Notes under the pieces: generated by a model
What the model was told of the DNA's origin: nothing
The model's input: the letters and a program-made list of their open reading frames with translations, nothing else
Database searches by the model: none
Shown here: in pieces, positions 39,723 through 51,922 of the stretch
Position numbering within the stretch: the stretch's first letter is position 1
Layout of the letters: the number at the start of each line of letters is the position of its first letter
Program-made: the position numbers and the translations under genes
Assembly (NCBI GenBank): GCA_030704615.1
Contig: CM060733.1
Location: 31,806,001 to 31,870,000 of the forward strand
Source of the DNA: Takakia lepidozioides
Taxonomy: Eukaryota; Plantae; Bryophyta
Reading direction: 5' to 3'
DNA: 64,000 bases

Positions 39723-40740
39723 TTGCAACAAACGGTCATGGCAAATAGAAATGAAATCTCTGTCGCTAACAAGGCTTGGAAGGAAGCCAATAATCTGCTT
39801 GCTGCCTATGCGAATTTGGTTGAACCTCATGCGAAGCGCATGAAGACTTTACAACAGCAGTTAGATATGTACAAACTCAGAGATGAGCAGACTCTCAGAG
39901 GTACCACAAGCAACTTGGTGGATAACCACCTTATGCAGGTCTGGTTAGAACAAGGGCCAGTGGAGGGCAAAGCACCACGAAAGCTCACCCAAACCGAGAT
40001 GAATGAGCTCAGACTGCAAGTGCAGAACATTGCCACAACTACTATAGACAATGTCTATAGTAGAATAGCGGAGTTACAGGAGGATGTAGACGACCTGCAG
40101 ACTCAAGTGGAGGACCTCACTTCAAATATCGACAAGAGAGTCTGTGTACCTGAGGAACAGCTAATGGCTTCTTATTTAAAAGCGAGACTTTGGCTTTTCA
40201 GTCTTCTTCCAGGAGGTGCAGGAGATGCAAATGGTACAAGAGCCAGTGCCACCAACACCACAACAAGTCACTGTGCCAGTAGCTGACCCTGTTGTTACTA
40301 CAGCCACACCACAGCCACCACGCCTGAGGTATGGGGGAATGCTGCTTTTAACCCACCTAAAACTCCAGCTGCAAGGGAGTACAGTAGGGCTATGATTATG
40401 CCCTTCAACCAAATTCCCATTGTGTTGGATTTGGCTTGGAAAGAATTTAGTCCTCCGCAGTCATTGGCACATTACTATCAAATCATGCGCATTTGGCTGC
40501 CAGGGGCAACTAGAACTAAGGTTCTTCCAAACAATCGACCCATTGAGGATCATCACTTTGCGCAGTACTGGCATGAGGCAAGTACCATGTTGAAGGAATT
40601 AATTGCCTTCCAAGTTGTACATGGATTCATTTATACCAAGACGAAAGAGGTAGCAAGTATTGTCATGGGCTGCGGGTTATACTACGCTGCTTGTTTTCTG
40701 GTACGTTATCACATTGAGCAGCACAAGATGCAATCGCGCT
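39723..40740 (+). pseudogene. Coiled-coil accessory ORF fused by deletion to the RT; second copy of 261-629
   Basis: Near identity with the window start, continuing past the point where the MULE interrupts the first copy. Confidence 0.55.
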
Positions 40741-41059
40741 TTCTGAGTTATTCCAGTGGGGATCATTGGGTCTTACCTTCAGTGCCCGTACGCCGTGGCG
40801 CCAGTCATGGCCGCCGTCCCCACTCCCTTACTTTAATGCCTAGCTATGGGGCGCAGCACCAGGGAGTACCCCAGGCTGCTCGCGATGGTGGGCAGGTCCT
40901 ATCACTTAGAAAAAACACCCTCCCATTCCCAAAAAAAACACCACCCTTCCCTAGGCCTTCATGGCCTTGCTTGGGGGGGTCAAATTAGCTCATAGAGAGT
41001 AGAGTGGCCTAAAACATACCTTCAGCCTGCTGGTACCTGTTTCCAGAGCTGGTATATGG

Positions 41060-41922
41060 TGTCAATCAGTCACTAGAGGACATAATAATATCAAGGTAAG
41101 CAAAAGCTCAATGGTAGTCCTTCCATTGACATCATGGGGTATTCCCCTTGTCAAACATGACTCAAAATTAACATAGATTCACAAGACATCCACCTCTTTA
41201 GAGGGTTTCAATTCAATCAATATTCAATATTCAAGATCAAGCTTGCTAGCCAACAAGTTTCTCGTACATAAAGAGAGAAGTGAGGATGTGACAACCTTCC
41301 AATGTGAGTGTGCTTGAGATGCTCTAAGGGTGGTACTCTAGGCAGCCCTTCTTGGTGCTCGTCTTTAGGTCCACGCCAGCCTTCCTACTCGTCTTCAAGT
41401 TATCCTCCTCTACATGAATTTGCACATAACCTCCTTCACAAATTCCCCAAGGGCCTCAAGGCCAAAATGAACTAATCTTCCTTGCCTTAGCTCTCAATCC
41501 ATCTATCTAACTAGGGAGCTTCAAGCTCCACTCCCTAGGATCTAGCCCTCCTCAAGCCAAGAACTAGCAAGCATTACAACAACAAGTTAGAGGAAACTAA
41601 ACAAATGAGCTAGATAAAGAGCAAGGAGGGCTTGGCTCTTCATTTATACTAGTTTTGAGTCCAATAAATTAAGGAGAAATATTCCTTAAACTATTGTATC
41701 CTTGGAAGAACTATAATTTAATATTCCACATGAATGAAAAGTCTTAGAGGCCAATGAAAGTTGTCTTTTCATCCATCCATATGGATGACCAGTTGGCGCA
41801 AGATGTCATTTCATCCATCCAGCTCATCCAGGCGAATTTTAGGATTTTTCATCCATTCATGAAGTAAGAACCCAATTAATTGGCTACCGTGAGTGCCGTC
41901 GACTCAATAATTTGGCGCCGCT
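41060..41922 (+). mobile_element. Probable Tat/Athila-type LTR remnant followed by a PBS; left boundary uncertain
   Basis: ...GTCGACTCAATA followed by ATT and TGGCGCCGCT at ~41913. Confidence 0.4.
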
Positions 41923-42073
41923 GGATAAGTGGAGCATATTTTTGTCGTTTCTCTAAGATGGATGAGGTAGGGTACACCGTACCGATCATGGTAGTATGTG
42001 AATTCGATAAAGTAGATGGTAATTTGCGGGGATGAGGAGGTAGGCGGTGGGTTATTAATGGGTAGGCCATGCA
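41923..42073 (-). mobile_element. 151-bp piece of the Dualen-like LINE, duplicate of 49196-49346
   Basis: Direct repeat, identical by eye. Confidence 0.9.
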
Positions 42074-42798
42074 TGTCGCGGCCCTTTGCCTTGGGGGCAG
42101 GGGGTCAGGACACATGAGGGGCTGCCCCTGTGGTGGGGGCAGCGGCAGCGATAGGTATGGGGGGCTGAAGCACCCTTGAGTGCCCAAGGCACTCAAGGAG
42201 GCGGAGGCGCTCACTAGGTGGAGCCCCGCACACCGGGTTGCAGTGGGGGTGGCTCCACAAGGGGTGGTGGTAGCTTAGCGGGACTTAGTGGGGGTGGCAT
42301 AGGACTCACCATGGGGGCGGAGACCTCGTGGTGGGAGTCGTGGGGAGTCTTGGGACTCATTACGGTCCATAGGGGCCGTGGTGAGTGGGCCAAGACTCAC
42401 CGCGACTCATCACCGGGAGTCGAGGGTTTTCGTGGTGGTTCGCCATAAAATGGCATGGCTCGTTATGAAACCCCCGCGGACAGCTACAGAAGTATATATA
42501 GGGAGTAGTACCCCGAGAACGGTGCAAGCCCGTTGGTGACCAAAAACTAGTGAGTAAGCGAGCGAGCCGAAAAGCGACCAAAGAGTGGGGAGCTGTTCCG
42601 GACTGCCATCTACCAAAGGGAATTCCACTAGGCCCAAATAGGTGGAGGGTTTAGTGGGAGAGCAAAGGGGGACCGTTATGTCCCGGTGAGCAGCCGAAGC
42701 TCCAAGTTGGCCCGGCGGCCAGGTTGGGAGTCAGGCGCGCGCATCAAAGCGAGTAACTATGACTTGAAGGGGAGCTTACCGAAGTGAGGTGCGCGACA
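42074..42798 (+). repeat. 5' LTR
   Basis: TGTCGCG...CGCGACA; about 10 differences from the 3' LTR by eye. Confidence 0.97.
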
Positions 42799-42853
42799 CT
42801 TGGTATCAGAGCTTAGAGTTCAGTACGCGATCGTCCTTGGGATTGGCCTCATC

Positions 42854-45800
42854 ATGGGGTCGGGCAAGCCAAAGCGAAAGCGGAACGGCCCAAAAGATGA
42901 TGATCCTGGTGAGCCCGATGGGGGCGACGTGTCACCGAGGCGGCGTTTGAGGAAGCGATGCATGTTTCCGAAAACGAGGCCGCTCAAGAGCGGGAGGAAT
43001 CCGAGGAGTCAGAGCCCGAGGAATCCTTGAGAGCTCCGACAAACCAAGAGATGCCTCCCATGCCGGCAGCCTTTTGGGAAGGGTTGTTGGCGCAGTTTGG
43101 TGGGACGTTGAAAGACGTGTTGAAGGCGGCTAATGCCACTTCCACTAAGGCAAAGTTTAAGGTGAAGCCTAAGGAACCTGACACCTTCGAGGGCGTCCGA
43201 AATCGGAAGGCCCTCAACACCTGGCTCCTAGAGCTAGAGCAGTACTTCCGGGCGGCCAAGTTGAGTGACGAGGATCGGGTGGAAGTGGCTCCCACCTATT
43301 TGAGGGGCTATGCTCAACAATGGTGGCAGAAATGCCTTCACGACCAAGGTCCAAGCCCGGAAACCTTGAATTGGAGTGGGTTCAAGGAATTGATGAAGAG
43401 ACAGTTTGTGCCCCTCAACGCGTCCTGGCTTGCCCGGGACAAGATGAGGAATTTAAGCAAACAGACGACATTCGGGATATGTCCAGGCTTTCAATGTGCT
43501 TTTGCTCGAAGTCGCGGACATGGCAGAACCGGAAATGGTCTTCAACTTTGTGGCGGGACTGGCCCCATGAGCCAGGCGGAAGTTGGAGGAGAAGCCACCT
43601 AAGACTTTGAACGAGGCAATTGAGAGGGCTGAATGTTTCTCAGATGTCCCTAGGGGTGAAGACAAGGCCGTACGGAGCTGAACCACAAGAAGACCCGGCG
43701 AGAAGGTGACTCCTTCCGACCGGAAAAGAAGTGGGATAGGCCACGCGACGACAATGGCACGTGGAAATCGAAGGGAGGGCCTTCACACGTCAAGGCGGCA
43801 CCCGGTGCTTCGAAAGGAAAAGCGGGTGGAGCGGCTTATGGCGGACAGAAGGCGACCTTTGATGGAGTGTGTTTCAATTGCGGAGAGCCCGGGCACATGG
43901 CCAAGAAGTACACGAAACCCCGACAATTGAACATGATTCGGGCAACCACGGAGCTGTCGAAAGATACCATCAGTCGCTTGGTGGAAGCGGTGGTCGCCAG
44001 GACTTGCAAGGTAGGCAAATATTCTTGTGAGTTGTATCAGGAAACTGGCGCATTGCGTAAAGGGAGTCACTTATTGTTCGTGGATGGGATAATATCCGGA
44101 ACTAACGTGTCGTTGTTGGTGGACACAGGAGCGTCGCACTCCTTCATGACGCCGGCGGCGGCGCGAAAGTTGGGACTCCGACAAGTGACGTGGGGGCCTC
44201 TATTGAGGTGCGTTCTGCCAAAGGAGAACCACAGTTGGCGACAAGGTTGGCGTTTGATGTTCCTCTTCAACTGGGGAGTTGGGAGGGACGTGAGAACTTC
44301 ACCATCTGCGAGATCGATGGAGTGGATCTCATTTTGGGGATGACCTTTTTGAGCAAATCCGGAGCGGTCATAGATGGCCGCAAGAGAGTGGTCACGCTGC
44401 CATGTGGGAATGGTGGCGAGGTTTTACGAGTGTCGGAAACGCCCAAATCCGTGGGAGGGCGAATAAACCTTCTGTCAGCAAAGGAGTGGGCCGTGGAGGA
44501 GGCACACGAGCCCCAGTTTTTGCTTTACATTAGAGAAGTGAAGGGAGAAGGCGATGGGGAGCCGAGCCCAGATTGGATCAAGGGGATCTTGGAGAAATAC
44601 CAGGATGTGATGCCGGAGGATTTACCAAGCGGCTTGCCACCGCGAAGAGGAGTTGACCACAAGATTGAGGTGATACCGGGATCGGAACCGCCTGCCAAGG
44701 CACCCTACCAGTTGAGCCACAGGAGTTGGTCGAGCTGAAGACTCAGCTCAAGGATCTAATGTCAAAGGGGTACATCCGGCCGAGTAAGTCACCTTACGGA
44801 GCCCCGGTGCTATTCGCAGACAAGAAGGATGGGACGCTGCGGATGTGTGTCGATTACAGGGCTTTGAATAAGGTGACTATTAAAAACCGGTACCCTTTGC
44901 CAAGGATCGACGACCTTTTCGACCGGTTGGCAGGAGCGAAGTATTTCAGCCGGATCGACTTGCGCTCCGGATATCATCAAATTCGGGTGGCGGAAGGAGA
45001 TGAGGAGAAGACCGCGTGCAGGACAAGGTATGGTTCATATGAGTTCTTGGTGATGCTTTTTGGGCTCACTAATGCACCTGCGACCTTTAGCACGCTGATG
45101 AACAGCCTTTTCCAGGAGTGGTTGGATGACTTTGTGATCGTGTACATCGACGACATCTTGGTGTATTCGAAAACAAAGGAGGAGCACCTGGAGCACCTCA
45201 AAAGGGTGTTCCAGAAATTGCGAGAAGGGAAGCTGTATGCCAAAGCTTCAAAGTGCGAATTCGGGGTCACAAAAGTGGAGTTCCTGGGGCATGTGATTAC
45301 ACAGGATGGGATCAAAATGGATGACAGGAAGGTGAGGGCAATTTTGGACTGGGAGCCTCCGACTTCGGTCCCGGGAGTGCGATCCTTCCTAGGACTCGCC
45401 TCCTATTACCGGAAGTATGTGAGAAATTTCGCCAAAATCGCGGGGCCGCTGTCAGACCTTCTGTGTAAATCTAAAGTCTGGGCATGGAACACCTTTTGTG
45501 GCCAAGCTTTTGCTGAATTGAAGCAGCGGATGGCGGAAGCTCCAGTCTTGAAAATCCCGGAGTTCGATCGTCCGTTTGAGATACATACAGATGCGTCGGA
45601 CTTCGCGATTGGGGTGTGCTGATGCAAGATGGACGTCCAGTGGCTTACGAAAGTAAGAAACTGAATGAAGTGGAGCGACGGTGGCCGACGCACGAGAAAG
45701 AGATGAAGGCGGTGGTGCACTGTCTTGAGCTTTGGCGCCACTATGTTGGTTCCAACCCAGTGAAGGTGTTCACGGACAATGTCACGGTGAAGTATTTTGC

Positions 45801-47405
45801 CACGCAGCCCAAGTTGTCCCCAAAACAACTTAGGTGGCAAGATACTTTGGCGGTGTTCGACGTGGATATCCAGTACAAACCGGGACGAGGCAATGTGGTG
45901 GCCGATGCTTTTAAGTAGAAAGCAGCAGCTCTTGTTGGTGTACAAGGGCGAGACGGCGCTCCAAAAGAAGATCCGGAAGGCTTGCCGGAAGGATGAGCTG
46001 GCGAAGTCCGTGATGCAGGACTTGAGGATGGGGGTTAAATCGCAGTTCCACTTGCAAAATGGACTGCTCCGGTATAAGCAAAAGCGTCTCTACGTGCCGA
46101 AGGGAGGGATCAGAGATAGCCTCTTGAGAGAATGCCATGATAGCCCGCTTGCGGGCCACGGCGGAGCCAAGCGCACTGCGGCACTCTTAAGAAAGAGTAT
46201 TTCTGGCCCAAACTGAGGGAGGAGGCAGAGGAGTATGTCAAGACATGCACCACATGCCAACAAAACCGGAGCGAGTACAAAAAGCAAGCGGGGCTGTTAC
46301 AACCTTGCCGATTCCAGAGGGACTTGGGAAAGCGTCTCGATGGATTTCATGACTGCTATGCCGCTGTCAAAAGGATTCGATGCAATCATGGTGGTGGTGG
46401 ATAGGTTCAGTAAAATGGGCCATTTCATCCCCACCAAGGAGACGGCAACGGCGCAGGAGACAAGGCGACTTTACTTCGCCCACGTCTTAAAGCATCATGG
46501 AGTCCCGAAGGATATTGTCTCGGACCGCGATCCAAAGTTTACGAGTAAATTTTGGAGGGCACTTTGGAAGAAGATGGGGACGAGGCTTAAGATGAGCACC
46601 GCCTTCCGACCTACGACCGACGGCCAAACAGAAAGAGTGAATTCCGTAGTGAAGCAGATCTTGCGGAATTACGTGTCGGCAGACCAAACAGACTGGGTGG
46701 AACACTTAGACGCGGCAGAGTTCTGTTATAATAACACAGAACACTCCGCAACGGGAGTTTCCCCTTTCGTATTGGTCTATGGAAAAGCACCTCTGGTGCC
46801 GACAAGTTGGGCCGCCCAGGACGTTGAGGAACCGGCAGTAGCGGCGGTACTGGAAGAACGCGAGCGTTTGTTGAAGCTCGCAAAGTACAACATTGCCAAA
46901 GCTAGGAAACGGTATGAAAGGCAGGCGAATCGGAAGCGGAGGGAAGTGAAGTTTGAGGCAGGCACGGAGGTCTGGTTGAACATCAAGAATTTCCGACTAC
47001 CCCGGAAGTGAGTCCGAAGTTCGTACCTCCGTATGCGGGACCCTTTCGCATTCGGAAGGTTATGAATGAGGATGTGTATGAATTGGAGCTGCCGGCAAAC
47101 AGCAAGGTGCACCCAGTATTCCATGTCTCCCTTTTGAAGCCTTACTTCAAAGATGAAGCGCGTCCGAATCGGCATCAAGTGTTGCGTCCGCCACCTATGC
47201 TGTTGGATCATGAAAATGAACCTGAGTACGAGGTGGAGGCAATACTAAGTCAAGGAGGTTCAAGAACCGAGAAACGGAGTATCTCGTCAAATGGAAGGGC
47301 TATCATCATGTGGAGGCATCTTGGGTGCGTGCCTCAGAAATGGGAAACGCATCCGAGGCGGTCGCAGCTTTCGAAGGGCGACCTCAAAAGCGGAAGAAGC
47401 GTTGA
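42854..47405 (+). pseudogene. gag-pol: Chromovirus gag-pol with multiple single-base frameshifts
   Basis: [42 protein letters not shown], integrase HHCC plus SMDF/SDRD/TDGQTER, GPF, and chromodomain EYEVEAIL...YLVKWKGY. Confidence 0.95.
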
Positions 47406-48307
47406 TGGGGACATCAACCTTGGAGCGTGGGGGAGGAAATGCATGCTTAGCCCGGCTTAGCTAGCTTAGGAATCCGATTGCAAAAACTTGTATTGTACAA
47501 AACGTGCTATAAATGAAATGGATTCCAAATGTTGTGCGTCCTATTTTGTTTGGAATGGTGATGCATGGTATGGTTGGCTAGTGTGTAGAATGCATGCTAG
47601 CTTATAAAAGTGGGAGAGGTAAATTGGGTTAATCGTGTGTTTGTGTAGTGCCGAAATCGGGTGACCCCCATCCAAGGGGCAAGGAAACTTGCGCCTTCTT
47701 TGGGAGTTCACGTGCTAGTGCGCACCTGGCGCGTGCGCGTACTATAACTGCGCTACCGAGGGGGTTGCCTTGTAGTGCGGGCTAACGCGGAAGCCACGTG
47801 CTTCCGTTCACGTACTATAATCGTGTAGCCTCGGGACGAAGTCGTAGTGCGGCTTCGGCGTGTTCCCGTACCTCAGGCCAGCATTCCAAGGCGGACCCAA
47901 TTGTAGTGATTGGGGCGCACGGTTGGTTCAAGGTTATCTTCCTAGTCAAAGAGGGTTCTAGATGAACCCTTGCTCAAGGTGATGCCAAAAGCGGCATCAT
48001 GAGCAGTCGCAAGCAATGTTGTTGCAGTAAGGCGATTCGATCCTCGGGGAGGATCGTTCCTTGGCCTTAAAGTAGGCCAAGAAGAGTGCACTAAAGAGCT
48101 GGAGAGGCTCCACCCTTGGCCGGGACTTGTTGGAAGTCGGCCGAACTAGCTAGTGGAGAGTAGAGTCAAGTGTGGGGTTTGGTTCTTTGCCATGGGACGC
48201 CATGGTGCGGAAACAAACTCCTTGATGTGGGACGCCACAATTGGATGTTCGTTTCTACAAAATGGACAAGTCGATGAGGACATCGACTCCCTGTTGGTAG
48301 GGGTGTG

Positions 48308-49032
48308 TGTCGCGGCCCTTTGCCTTGAGGGCAGGGGGTCGGGACACATGAGGGGCTGCCCCTGTGGTGGGGGCAGCGGCAGCAATAGGTATGGGGGGCT
48401 GAAGCACCCTTGAGTGCCCAAGGCACTCAAGGAGGCGGAGGCGCTCACTAGGTGGAGCCCCGCACACCGGGTTGCGGTGGGGTGGCTCCACAAGGGGTGG
48501 TGGTAGCTTAGCGGGACTTAGTGGGGGTGGCATAGGACTCACCATGGGGGCGGAGACCTCGTGGTGGGAGTCGTGGGGAGTCTTGGGACTCATCACGGTC
48601 CATAGGGGCCGTGGTGAGTGGGCCAAGACTCACCGCGACTCATCACCGGGAGTCGAGGGTTTTCGTGGTGGTTCGCCATAAAATGGCATGGCTCGTTATG
48701 AAACCCCCGCGGACAGCTACAGAAGTATATATAGGGAGTAGTAACCCCGAGAACGGTGCAAGCCCGTTGGTGACCAAAAACTAGTGAGTAAGCGAGCGAG
48801 CCGAAAAGCGACCAAAGAGTGGGGAGCTGTTCCGGACTGCCATCTACCAAAGGGAATTCCACTAGGCCCAAATAGGTGGAGGGTTTAGTGGGAGAGCGAA
48901 GGGGGACCGTTATGTCCCGGTGAGCAGCCGAAGCTCCAAGTTGGCCCGACGGCTAGGTTGGGAGTCAGGCGCGCGCATCAAAGCGAGTAACTATGACTTG
49001 AAGGGGAGCTTACCGAAGTGAGGTGCGCGACA
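48308..49032 (+). repeat. 3' LTR
   Basis: Matches the 5' LTR; preceded by a G-rich tract. Confidence 0.97.
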
Positions 49033-50560
49033 AGGCCGTTAGCTGAATTGCCTTAAAACATTTGTTGATATGGGCAATGTGGGAGGTGGAAGGTACCCTG
49101 TAGTGCATCGATACTGGCATTGTGTATACCACCTCGAGTGCCTGCTGTAATAACAGAGAGGGGACCAGTGTTCTAGCATTTCTTACAGAGAGCAAGGATA
49201 AGTGGAGCATATTTTTGTCGTTTCTCTAAGATGGATGAGGTAGGGTACACCGTACCGATCATGGTAGTATGTGAATTCGATAAAGTAGATGGTAATTTGC
49301 GGGGATGAGGAGGTAGGCGGTGGGTTATTAATGGGTAGGCCATGCACCAGCAGGATATCGGGGCATAATCTGGCAGAACAGGGACGGTGTGATTTGGGGG
49401 TTTGCCTTGATAGGTGTCTGCATTAACGAGTGAGAACCAGAGAGTTTCGGAGCGCTGAATGAGGAGTTTGTGGATGTGCCAGGCCGCCTACTTGTGCCGG
49501 GTTATATGCATATCGTGGATGACTGGATGGGTGCATTGGCTAAGTATATGCGGCCATGTGTCCCAGACCTGGTGAGTGTGCATAACGGGCAGTATGGCGA
49601 TGAGAAGCGGCGTGGCCAGAAGACGTGCTTTTGTTGGTAGCCCATATATTGTGCGTAGCGAAATTTAAGTGTTTGTTTAATTTGAGCATCGGTCGCAGCT
49701 GTGGAGTGCTAGAAATAATTGGAGAGTTTATGGTGGCGAATAGTGGATAGTGTCCATTTTTTAATATGAATTTTGGTATGGCTCATGCATGCCCTTGCTT
49801 GTGGAGTGGCCTCCTTAGTGAGGATGGTGAGGAGATTGTGTATAGGTTTAAGGTCAAGGGGGTTTGGTACTGGGTGGATCAGCCATAATGGGTGGGTATG
49901 CGCAGTGTGGATATGATCATTAGTGGGATCAACGATGGGGTCGAGAGCACCAGTTTGGGCGAGGAGGTCAGCCACCTCGTTGCCGGCAATACCACTGTGT
50001 GAGCGGACTTTTAGAAAATATATGGATTGGCCCATGTTTATGGCTAGGTTGGCTATGGCAAAGATGAGATTGCGGTCTGGGTGGTGATGATGTGAGGAAG
50101 AACAGACGAGGTGGTTACATATGAGGAATAGTGATGTAAGACTGTCCGTGAAGATATAGTAGGGAGGGAAAAATGAGGGTAGCTAGAGATAGCGACGTAG
50201 ATGGCCATAAGCTCAGTGCGGAGTATGGTGGCCGGACCAGGGAGCCTGGCAGCTATGCCCTGTTCTGAGGCAGCGTGGTAAACGCCATACCCGGCGTTGG
50301 ATCCTGATTGGGAGCCATCCATATAGTGTGAGTGACGCGGGGGGTATTTGAGGGGCATAGGTTGGTGATACGGCAGGGGGTATCGGATGAAGGCGATGGG
50401 GCAGGAGGGGGGCGGGTGGACGCTTTAAGCCAGGTATGGCTCAAGTTGATTCTGGGAGTTGGTTTAGTGGAGTTGTGGGGCGAGGGGGTATAGTATAGGT
50501 GGGACGTGATTTTGAAGCCGTGAGTATGGGAGGGAATCACGAAAAATTGGAAGAAGCCAA
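49033..50560 (-). mobile_element. Dualen/RandI-like non-LTR retrotransposon fragment (RNase H, Zn knuckle, restriction-like endonuclease)
   Basis: YMDGS...TILRTEL...KVRSHSGIAGNEVAD; PDILLV...IEFTY; collinear with the 54.8-59.1 kb copy. Confidence 0.75.
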
Positions 50561-51622
50561 GATCATTTGCATCCATAAGATGTTGCTTTGTAATTGACGA
50601 AGTGCTCACGATGAGTTGGTAGTTGAGGTAAAATGTGTCTTTATGTGGGAGGCTACTTGAATGAATAACACTTCTGAGCCCCGATTCTGAGTACCGTTTG
50701 TTGATCAGAGTTTGGATGAAACCAAGTGTCTGACTGTATATTCTAACCAACAAATTTTGGTAAGCCATAATATATCATTTTATTTAACTCATGTGTACTA
50801 ACTTTGGAACATATCCATTTATATTTTCTATTAGTTTTTTTTATTTTTGGGAAATAGGGACAGAGGCCGTGAAAATACATTAAGAAAACAGGATGAAATA
50901 AACCATAGAAGCGGTATAGGAGATGGGGCAATAGCCCAAATGGTCTTGCTTTTATTCTTACCTTTGAAAAAATTAAAAAAATAAAAGTCATGATCCCACG
51001 TCTTCTCTCTATCACGACAACTACTTGGGAGTGTATTTCTCTTCTAAAGTAGTAGTAGTTGAGGTGGCAATACACGTCAATGTCTTTGTCACTCTATCAT
51101 ATTGTTGTATATTTGATAATTTGAAAAAAAAAAATTTGAAACGTCACATGACAAGTCATTTAATGTCTGTTTTTCTCTACCATTACTGTTTTGTTTCTCT
51201 ACTTTGATCATGATACTGCAGGTCATCCAAAATAAATCATTATCCCATCCAACTCTGCCACCACATTTGGCATAGATGCATATTTTCACCCTTCCAAACT
51301 TGACTTTTCGGAGTATTTAATTAGTTAAGAAATTTTGAAATTTAGGCATGATTATTTGTTTTAAATTTTGTTTGTGTTTTTTTTTTGTGCTTGATGATAT
51401 AACACAAATCTTTATTAATCATTTAAATAATAAAAATAAATTTTAGAAGATGCAATTAATTTACATGAATAATATGACCATGTAATAACCATAGTTGTAT
51501 GTTTTGTAGGTATTGTTTTGCAAAAATGTACTCAACATTGTAGTAGTTTGACTTCAGTAAGTTTGTTGTACTCATTTAATATTCTTACATATTAATATAC
51601 TTGTCAATCATCTATAACACAT

Positions 51623-51922
51623 TCATTTTGCCTCCAACTTTTTAAACATTTCTTTGGCTTTATCTAGTGCTTCTACTATTTTCAAAGAGCTTGGAGCACT
51701 TTCCCCTTGTGTCTCCATTTGTTTCTTCACAAGAATATCTGTAATGTTGCTTAACTTTCCTAAGACTTGTCTTAGATTATCTTTGATGACCACTTTCGTC
51801 TTGTCATCAACAAATGGTGTTTTACGTTTCTTATAAATGGGGGCTTTGGCTGGGGTACTCTTTGCAGTACTAGATCCAGCATTTGAAGTATTGGATGAAT
51901 CCTTGTTTGGAGAATTTGACAT
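51623..51922 (-). CDS. Small 99-aa hypothetical protein in an AT-rich segment
   Basis: Clean ATG-to-stop ORF with a Ser-rich start, basic KKRK patch and helical tail; no family recognised. Confidence 0.35.
   Translation of the reverse strand: MSNSPNKDSSNTSNAGSSTAKSTPAKAPIYKKRKTPFVDDKTKVVIKDNLRQVLGKLSNITDILVKKQMETQGESAPSSLKIVEALDKAKEMFKKLEAK

Larger units (their letters stand above)
42074..49032 (+). mobile_element. Full-length Ty3/Gypsy chromovirus (Galadriel-like gag)
   Basis: Two 725-bp TG...CA LTRs, tRNA-Met PBS TGGTATCAGAGC at 42801, order gag-PR-RT-RH-INT-chromodomain. Flanks ATGCA and AGGCC do not form a TSD. Confidence 0.97.

Noticed and set aside
42218-42637. ORFs duplicated at 48146-48871
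   Set aside because: Chance frames within GC-rich LTRs.
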